Below are positions 57,134 to 62,469 of a stretch of DNA of 62,469 nt, one piece after another. Source of the DNA: a virus (taxonomy: Duplodnaviria > Caudoviricetes); IMG/VR virus record IMGVR_UViG_3300035101_000006, positions 1-62,469 of that record; one strand, given 5' to 3'. The translations under genes were made by a program, and so were the position numbers. Within the stretch, counting starts at the first letter, position 1; each line of letters opens with the position of its first letter. The notes beneath the pieces were generated by a model. That model searched no databases. It saw only the letters and a program-made list of their open reading frames with translations, and had not been told where the DNA came from.

Positions 57134-57960
57134 CAGCCCCCCGCAACTTCATCAAACCGTGGGCGCGGCTCGAATAAATCCATCTGCGCCCCTGCTTGGC
57201 GCAGAATCTGGCCAATGCTCCAACGCGGTCGCCAGGTGTGGTTAATCTCAACCTCCAAATCTGCGGCAATCTGTGCAACCTCTGGATGCAGGCGGCAGAA
57301 GTTGAATACCTCTTGACGCTTGCCCATAATGCAGCACCAGCAACCGCAGCGGGTAGCATAGTTATACATCGGGTTTGGTAGGATGCCGTGCGCCCGCAGA
57401 TAGTCCCACACCTGGCGCTCTGTCCATTCGAGGACAGGGCGAAAGGACGGCGGGGGTGGAGATAATAACGGACTGTTTAGTTTTTTATTGCCGCCATTTG
57501 TCCAGGGATCATATTTGCTGCGCCGTTTCGATTCCTCGCGCCTACTGCCCTCAAGTTGTACGGGATTATCAAACTCGTTAGCATATAGTCTTAGTGGCCA
57601 CTGCTTGAGATACATAGTACAAAACCGATAGCGCGACCCCGGCCACATTCCACGCGTTCTCACAAGATCGAAAATACCGCCTCTACAATTCGCCAACGCG
57701 TCAATTCTATCCTGCCCATTTCGCTTTGCCGGTAACGCCCGATCTCCTGCCTGTATCCGGTCTATCTCGATTCCAAGTTCCCGCTCAAGATAGCTCAGAT
57801 AGTCGTATGTTTCGGGCCATTCCGCGCCAGTGTCGCAGAATGCAAAGCGCAGCTTGTCGCGTGGCAGGGTATCCAGCGCCCACAGCGCAGTGGCCGTGCT
57901 GTCCTTGCCACCGCTTACGGCGACGATATAGGTATCAAAGTCTGATAGGTGCATCGCCAT
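57133..57960 (-). CDS. Phosphoadenosine phosphosulfate reductase family protein
   Basis: SGGKDS, DTGAE, RFCT..LK, GSRREES..R, NPMY..RCGCWCC. Confidence 0.9.
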   Translation of the reverse strand: MAMHLSDFDTYIVAVSGGKDSTATALWALDTLPRDKLRFAFCDTGAEWPETYDYLSYLERELGIEIDRIQAGDRALPAKRNGQDRIDALANCRGGIFDLVRTRGMWPGSRYRFCTMYLKQWPLRLYANEFDNPVQLEGSRREESKRRSKYDPWTNGGNKKLNSPLLSPPPPSFRPVLEWTERQVWDYLRAHGILPNPMYNYATRCGCWCCIMGKRQEVFNFCRLHPEVAQIAADLEVEINHTWRPRWSIGQILRQAGAQMDLFEPRPRFDEVAGG

Positions 57961-58248
57961 CTAGCCCCCCGTCCAGTCAAACCCGCCCCGCTCCAACTCG
58001 TCCAGGTCGCCGGGGTGCGGTATCCAGCTCCCGCAGCACGGCTCCCACACGGCGCGGCGGCCATCGTGCCACATCACCGTCGAGCCGTCGAGGTACATCG
58101 TGCCGAGGCGCAACCCGGCGGACAGCGCCGCGCCTGCGTCCGTCTCGCGGGGTGGGGAGCTGCCGATGCCGCGCGCGCCCAGGCTGTGCTGGGGCTGGCG
58201 GCGGGTTTCTCGCTCGAATATGACGCGCTCGGTCACGATTTCAGCCAT
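57961..58248 (-). CDS. Hypothetical protein
   Basis: 95 aa. Confidence 0.5.
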   Translation of the reverse strand: MAEIVTERVIFERETRRQPQHSLGARGIGSSPPRETDAGAALSAGLRLGTMYLDGSTVMWHDGRRAVWEPCCGSWIPHPGDLDELERGGFDWTGG

Positions 58249-58263
58249 TCCTTGCCTCTATTT

Positions 58264-58304
58264 TTCGTTCGTTCGTCGTTCGTTCCGTTCCTTTCGCTCA
58301 TTCA
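58264..58304. repeat. Short tandem TTCG/GTTC repeat
   Basis: TTCGTTCGTTCGTCGTTCGTTCCGTTCC. Confidence 0.6.
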
Positions 58305-58319
58305 GGCGCGAAATGAACG

Positions 58320-59411
58320 CTAATTCGCGGTGTGGGGTGGGGTAGCAGGCGGCGTGGTGACTGTTTTTGGCTCCGGTGCGACCAAGTTCAGAAAATCTGC
58401 ACCCTCTGCCGTAATGTCAACCCCCTGCTTGTGGGCCTTCGGGTTTGTCCACTTCGCAAACCCCTTCCCAAACATCCACTCGCATACGTCCTGATACTCT
58501 TTCTGTGACAGAATCCCTGCCCCGCTGCTGCAGCACGCCGTTTCAGAGAATTTCTTGGTGGTCAATATGTACCGCGCCAGTTGAATCATCGTGTCATCGT
58601 CCAGCGGGCAATCATCGTGACTATGCTCAGAGATAAGTCGCCCGTTTGCGTCTCTGGTGGTTATCGTCAGGTGAATTTCGCGCGGCGCCGCCTGCGCGGC
58701 CGATGCCCGCTTGTTCCGCACCGCCCACCACCACGGCGGCTCATTCCCGGCCAAGAGCGAACCGACGGCACCCCAAATGTTCTGCTCCTGGAATACCGAC
58801 TTTTGCGCCAGTTTTTGCGAGAACGCAAGTTCGATATGCACCCAAAACGACGCAGACGCAATGGCGAGAATCGCCGCAACCAATGGGCCAAATAGTCGCC
58901 ACGCATCGGCGGACCATTCCAGCCACCACGGAAGCACAATTTCCGGCGCAACCAGCACGGCGACACGCCATAGACACCAGACCAGGCCGCCGAGCAGGGC
59001 AGACGCCCCCACGCCAATTATCAGCGTCAAAAGAATGACGCCGAGAATCAGCGCCGGACCCGTGCCACGCTCCACCAGCTCGCCTATCCATAGCTCGATT
59101 GATTCCTGTCTGAGCCAGCGGCGGACGGCCAGCACCCACCAGATGAACGTCGCCACAGATCCAACAAACCACACGACGAACAGCGCGTCTTTACCAATGG
59201 CGAACACAGCCAGCAAAAACGATGTGACCATTGACGCAAGGGCGATGGACGCCCAGCGCGCTTGCAACACTGGCACGGTTACATCGTTTTCGCGCCCGGC
59301 CTCGCGGCGCTCGTCTATCTCTGCTGGCGTCGACCCCTTGCGTTCTATGTCAAGTTCGCCGCCTAGCTGCCCTATTCTGCTTTTCCTTGCTCTTGCATCC
59401 ATTGTCAGCAT
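58320..59411 (-). CDS. Multi-TM membrane protein with a C-terminal winged-helix-like domain
   Basis: Four to five TM segments; KGFAKW...DITAEGADFL. Confidence 0.6.
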   Translation of the reverse strand: MLTMDARARKSRIGQLGGELDIERKGSTPAEIDERREAGRENDVTVPVLQARWASIALASMVTSFLLAVFAIGKDALFVVWFVGSVATFIWWVLAVRRWLRQESIELWIGELVERGTGPALILGVILLTLIIGVGASALLGGLVWCLWRVAVLVAPEIVLPWWLEWSADAWRLFGPLVAAILAIASASFWVHIELAFSQKLAQKSVFQEQNIWGAVGSLLAGNEPPWWWAVRNKRASAAQAAPREIHLTITTRDANGRLISEHSHDDCPLDDDTMIQLARYILTTKKFSETACCSSGAGILSQKEYQDVCEWMFGKGFAKWTNPKAHKQGVDITAEGADFLNLVAPEPKTVTTPPATPPHTAN

Positions 59412-59549
59412 CCTATTCACCCCAGCCCCCCGGCGGCTGCGGCGGCTGCCCTGCGTGGCTGCGGCGCTGGCGGCGGGCTTCAATCATTGCGGTTTTTATG
59501 TCCATCTAATTGCCTTTTGTGGGAGCGAGCAGCCCGAACGCGCCGCGAG

Positions 59550-59804
59550 TTAAGCGGAGGGTGGGTTTTTCGTTTCATCTTCTATTGGCTCAAACGCTTG
59601 TTCAAAATCATAATCTCGCCAAATATGTTTCTCTCCAAGTGGGCCAGTTACTATCCAATCACCACGGCCCACGATTAGCCTGCCTTGATCTGTCTCAACA
59701 ACGCCATATACCCCGCCCGCCCTCTCAGTAACATCTTTAGTAGATTTCCCTGGATACCACTGTTCTGCCTCTACTATCACTGGATTTTTTCTAAACTTTG
59801 GCAT
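59550..59804 (-). CDS. Cassette ORF, conserved phage protein (MPKFRK.PV..EA.QW type)
   Basis: FRKNPVIVEAEQW...GDWIVTG..GE......FEQAFE; AAGGAG SD. Confidence 0.8.
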   Translation of the reverse strand: MPKFRKNPVIVEAEQWYPGKSTKDVTERAGGVYGVVETDQGRLIVGRGDWIVTGPLGEKHIWRDYDFEQAFEPIEDETKNPPSA

Positions 59805-59859
59805 TTGCACGCTCTCCTTGTGAACTAGTCCCGTCCAACCCTTCCGCTTCAATGAGCAG

Positions 59860-60066
59860 TTATGCGTCCGAAGCGGTTGAGTCGGCTTCGTGCTGGTTGT
59901 TGGCGTCGTCGTCTGATTCAGCGGGGCGGCGGATAATGTGGTCGAATGCCCCGGCTTTGATAAGTTCTATAACACATTTTAGGCAAAGACCGTTTGGCAC
60001 AGTGCCTTTTTCACCACATCGCCTGCACTTCTTATCAAGATTAATGTCGATTGTTGCTGTTGGCAT
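59860..60066 (-). CDS. Cassette ORF, small zinc-finger protein
   Basis: CRRC...CLKC; stop lies inside GCATAAC. Confidence 0.7.
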   Translation of the reverse strand: MPTATIDINLDKKCRRCGEKGTVPNGLCLKCVIELIKAGAFDHIIRRPAESDDDANNQHEADSTASDA

Positions 60067-60132
60067 AATTAGCCGCCTTTCTGCTCACTGGTCAAGTAGA
60101 GCGAAACCGTCCTGCTCATTTAACTCGCGCCC

Positions 60133-60181
60133 ATTCGACGGGTGAGCCTCCCTCCGAAGGATGGGAGCGAAGCCGTCGAAC
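60133..60181. repeat. Cassette spacer hairpin H1
   Basis: aTTCGACGG-gtgagc-CTCCC..GGGAG-cgaag-CCGTCGAAC. Confidence 0.9.
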
Positions 60182-60190
60182 GTGGGCGAG

Positions 60191-60556
60191 TTAAGCCGCC
60201 CTATGGGTTTGCTTTCGCTCGAATCTATGGCACGCATCATCTGCATCCGTTTCTATTTTCCATAAATAACAATGCCCAAATCTATGATTGAGTTTGTTCA
60301 TTTTCCAATTGACGCAATCGCGGCACCGTAGCTTCAGCCCAAGACTAATAGGGTCGGCTTCAATGAGTTGTTCGGGGCGCGAGCGTGTAGCGTCGGTTCC
60401 CGATGGCTCTGGACTGCCTTCTGGCGTGGTTAAGGCGTTCTGCAAATCCGAGTTCATATCTGCCAGTGTAAGCACTAGGTGTGCAAGATCACTTTTCGAT
60501 TTGTTCATCAGAGAGTTATAGGTTAAATCTGTCGTTACTACGATGGTTGTTCCCAT
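60191..60556 (-). CDS. Cassette ORF, hypothetical with C-terminal Cys cluster
   Basis: CRDCVNW...GHC...C; stop lies in GGCTTAA. Confidence 0.7.
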   Translation of the reverse strand: MGTTIVVTTDLTYNSLMNKSKSDLAHLVLTLADMNSDLQNALTTPEGSPEPSGTDATRSRPEQLIEADPISLGLKLRCRDCVNWKMNKLNHRFGHCYLWKIETDADDACHRFERKQTHRAA

Positions 60557-60643
60557 TATCTTCACCTTTCCCTTTCAAGCCGTTCTCTGCTTCAGACTTA
60601 GAGCGTCCCCGATGACAACTCATTGAAGTGTTAACTCGCCCAC

Positions 60644-60690
60644 GTTCGGGTCAAGCGAGCTGGCCCAGAGGGTCAGCGAGCGACCCGAAC
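60644..60690. repeat. Cassette spacer hairpin H2
   Basis: GTTCGGGTC-aagcgag-CTGGCCC-aga-GGGTCAG-cgagc-GACCCGAAC. Confidence 0.9.
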
Positions 60691-60716
60691 GGCGCGGAGA
60701 TAAGCGGACTTGCGGG

Positions 60717-61088
60717 TTAGGCGCGCTCGTGATACTGACACGTTTCTCCAATCTTTTTTATGCCGTCATATATGCCGCATTGACCATGGTTGTTAGTGTG
60801 CGGCACAACAAGCCAGTATTCACAATCTGGCCCGCATCTCAAGATAGCATCATTAGCAAGTTCCGCTTCATTGACTGGTTCGCCCTCTGAGCGGATTTGC
60901 TGCTTCGTGTCGCTGGGGGCGTCATCTGGGGCTGCATCGTGGGCGGCGTATTTTGCCTTAATGGTCGTGTCCCACAAATTATACCCAAGCCAATCCCCAA
61001 CCCGCGAGGCCGCTTTTCTCAGCCTCTCAAGCGTCATCATATCGAGATAAATAAACCCAACTGCCATAACTTCAAATTTCTTGTCCAT
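60717..61088 (-). CDS. Cassette ORF, hypothetical with C-terminal Cys cluster
   Basis: MDKKFEV...CGPDCEYW...C...C. Confidence 0.7.
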   Translation of the reverse strand: MDKKFEVMAVGFIYLDMMTLERLRKAASRVGDWLGYNLWDTTIKAKYAAHDAAPDDAPSDTKQQIRSEGEPVNEAELANDAILRCGPDCEYWLVVPHTNNHGQCGIYDGIKKIGETCQYHERA

Positions 61089-61153
61089 TCTAGCCGCCTT
61101 TCTGTTCTCAAATCCTGATAAGTTCAGAGGGTCAGTCAATGTATCTCCGCGCC

Positions 61154-61205
61154 GTTCGCCCTCTGAGCCTCCCTTCGTACCCGAACGGGAGCGAAGAGGG
61201 CGAAC
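61154..61205. repeat. Cassette spacer hairpin H3
   Basis: GTTCGCCCTCT-gagc-CTCCC..GGGAG-cga-AGAGGGCGAAC. Confidence 0.9.
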
Positions 61206-61330
61206 GGGCCGGAGATATGCTGCGCGTGTGTAGGTGCGTTTGCTACCACCGTGCCCACCATCTCAAGTGCCATCCGTCCCATACCTCCATACTAGCGCAG
61301 CATCATTGACTGGTTATCCGCCCGAACGGG

Positions 61331-61585
61331 TCAGGCGGCTTCATCTTCTGCGCCAGAATCATCTTCACACGAGAGATCAGACAAGGCGACTTTTAGAGAT
61401 TGTAATGCTTCTATAGCATAGATGATTCCAGCAGCCCTGCCGTGCCAATGAACCGCAGATTTACCAGAACCCCATTGTTTCGAAAGTTCAGATTGTTTAA
61501 TGCTCTCGGCTGCTTCATCAAAAAGATGATCTAATCCCATAGTGCCTTTGTCTCTTAATGCCCTTAGTTTGTCCGTGAGTGTCAT
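61331..61585 (-). CDS. Cassette ORF, hypothetical
   Basis: AGGAGGT SD, 84 aa. Confidence 0.7.
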   Translation of the reverse strand: MTLTDKLRALRDKGTMGLDHLFDEAAESIKQSELSKQWGSGKSAVHWHGRAAGIIYAIEALQSLKVALSDLSCEDDSGAEDEAA

Positions 61586-61663
61586 TTTAATACCTCCTAG
61601 CCTTGCTCTTATTGAGCGGAGTCACGTTGAGAGAGAAGGATAACCTCAATGTATCTCCGGCCC

Positions 61664-61710
61664 GTTATCCGCGCCGAACCTCCCCCAGAGGGGGAGTGAG
61701 GGCGGATAAC
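61664..61710. repeat. Cassette spacer hairpin H4
   Basis: GTTATCCGC-gccgaac-CTCCCCC-aga-GGGGGAG-tgagg-GCGGATAAC. Confidence 0.9.
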
Positions 61711-61735
61711 GCCCAGCGAGTTAAGCGGACGCGGG

Positions 61736-61927
61736 TTAATCCACCCACCATCGGCTCGCATCTTCTGGCTTACCTTCTGAATCAATGCGAATAGTCCCTT
61801 TACAATCCGGGTACTCGGAACATCCCCAGAATGGCTCCCAATCCTGATTGGGTCTTGGCCGTCGAAGTACCATTTGCGCGCCACATTCGGGGCAGTAAGG
61901 TTTCGGTTCTGTTTGTATCCCGTGCAT
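61736..61927 (-). CDS. Cassette ORF, stand-alone topoisomerase-type C4 zinc finger
   Basis: CPECGAQMVLR...FWGCSEYPDCKG. Confidence 0.85.
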   Translation of the reverse strand: MHGIQTEPKPYCPECGAQMVLRRPRPNQDWEPFWGCSEYPDCKGTIRIDSEGKPEDASRWWVD

Positions 61928-61981
61928 TTTCTGACTCCTAGACTAGCGTTCCGCTTCAATGAGCAGTTAGGCGGCGAGCGC

Positions 61982-62242
61982 TTAAACGTCCTCACCGCTG
62001 TATTCAAGATCAAGGTCACATTCCAGGCCCGCAAGGCGTCTTTCTGCGCGTCTCTGGTGCCAATGAATGCACCGTTTGACAATAAAACCCCACAACTTTT
62101 TGGGATGATGGAACGGACGGAGAAGCCCCATATTGACGGCCCACTCTATGTCCCGATATGAGCCGAAATTCTGAGACCACATATGAAACATCCAACAACC
62201 GTATGCAAGCGCTACCTGTTCATCACTTACCTTGTTTCCCAT
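61982..62242 (-). CDS. Cassette ORF, hypothetical
   Basis: GGAGGT SD, MGNKVSDE. Confidence 0.65.
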   Translation of the reverse strand: MGNKVSDEQVALAYGCWMFHMWSQNFGSYRDIEWAVNMGLLRPFHHPKKLWGFIVKRCIHWHQRRAERRLAGLECDLDLEYSGEDV

Positions 62243-62308
62243 ATTAACCTCCAAGCCTTGCTCTCTGCCTCTAAATTCCAGTCAAGCGATGACGCCCTGC
62301 TCATTGCT

Positions 62309-62469
62309 CGCTGGGCGTTAGGCGGGTGAGTCTGGCCCCCGGAGGGGGTCAGCGAAGCCGCCTAACGCGCCGCGAGTTAAGCGGACTTCGGGTCATCCAC
62401 TTCCCCCCACCAATCATCGACAAGTTTATAAAATGACGCCAAGCATTCTGAACATAAATCCGCATCACA
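62309..62469. repeat. Terminal direct repeat (copy 2)
   Basis: Matches 1-161 with a single mismatch. Confidence 0.95.

Larger units (their letters stand above)
1..62469 (-). mobile_element. Probable complete tailed phage genome (siphovirus-like), likely Chloroflexota host
   Basis: Terminase, portal, capsid, tape measure, tail and replication genes are all co-oriented; terminal overlap; no sheath gene recognised. Confidence 0.9.
59521..62469 (-). mobile_element. Integron-like gene cassette array (part 1; continues across the junction to 660)
   Basis: Regular GTT...AAC hairpins at 60133, 60644, 61154, 61664 and 62317 separate small ORFs; each unit is bounded by its own inverted repeat. Confidence 0.8.

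Noticed and set aside
57133-57960. Complete Dnd/Ssp phosphorothioation system
   Set aside because: Only a lone PAPS-reductase-family gene, with no DndD/E, SspB or cysteine desulfurase
653-59553. Long plus-strand ORFs (e.g. 34642-35697, 48710-49855, 26037-26984)
   Set aside because: Antisense shadows of GC-rich minus-strand genes with no recognisable motifs
59521-62469. CRISPR array
   Set aside because: The repeats are not identical, spacing is 460-600 bp with genes in between, and no cas genes are present
59521-62469. Hairpins as ordinary rho-independent terminators or REP elements
   Set aside because: No U-tracts, and neither explains the unit-specific long-range inverted repeats switching at GTT/AAC
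59521-62469. Units as MITEs or insertion sequences
   Set aside because: No target-site duplications or transposase, and the IRs differ between units and abut structured spacers
1-62469. tRNA or rRNA genes and alternative genetic code
   Set aside because: No cloverleaf or T-arm consensus noticed by eye; core genes are intact in the standard code

Overview
The window is very probably a complete, circularly permuted ~62.3 kb tailed dsDNA phage genome with siphovirus-like architecture. Positions 1-161 repeat at 62309-62469 with one mismatch. Essentially all credible genes lie on the minus strand. A YLPLV motif in a secreted enzyme suggests a Chloroflexota (Anaerolineae-like) host. Modules in transcription order: regulatory/lysis-like genes (PAPS-reductase family, HTH, holin-like, phosphoesterase, C39-like peptidase); TerS/TerL/portal; head (Mu-gpT-like capsid, DUF2190, LamG, sulfotransferase, beta-helix proteins); tail; then early/replication genes (HNH, RusA, RNA ligase, helicase-methyltransferase, DUF5131, initiator, G39P-like). 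No integrase, recombinase, reverse transcriptase or clear repressor was recognised. The standout feature spans the contig junction (59521-62469 plus 1-660): an integrase-less array of six gene-cassette-like units carrying nine small ORFs. The units are separated by 47-52 bp GTT...AAC hairpins. Five of the six units are closed by their own private, co-varying AAC.../...GTT inverted repeat (imperfect in the sixth). Three units contain a nested attC-like site whose L-box arms enclose a whole gene. This looks like an 'inside-out' integron-type cassette system in a phage. Protein family calls come from motif recognition by eye, not from database searches.
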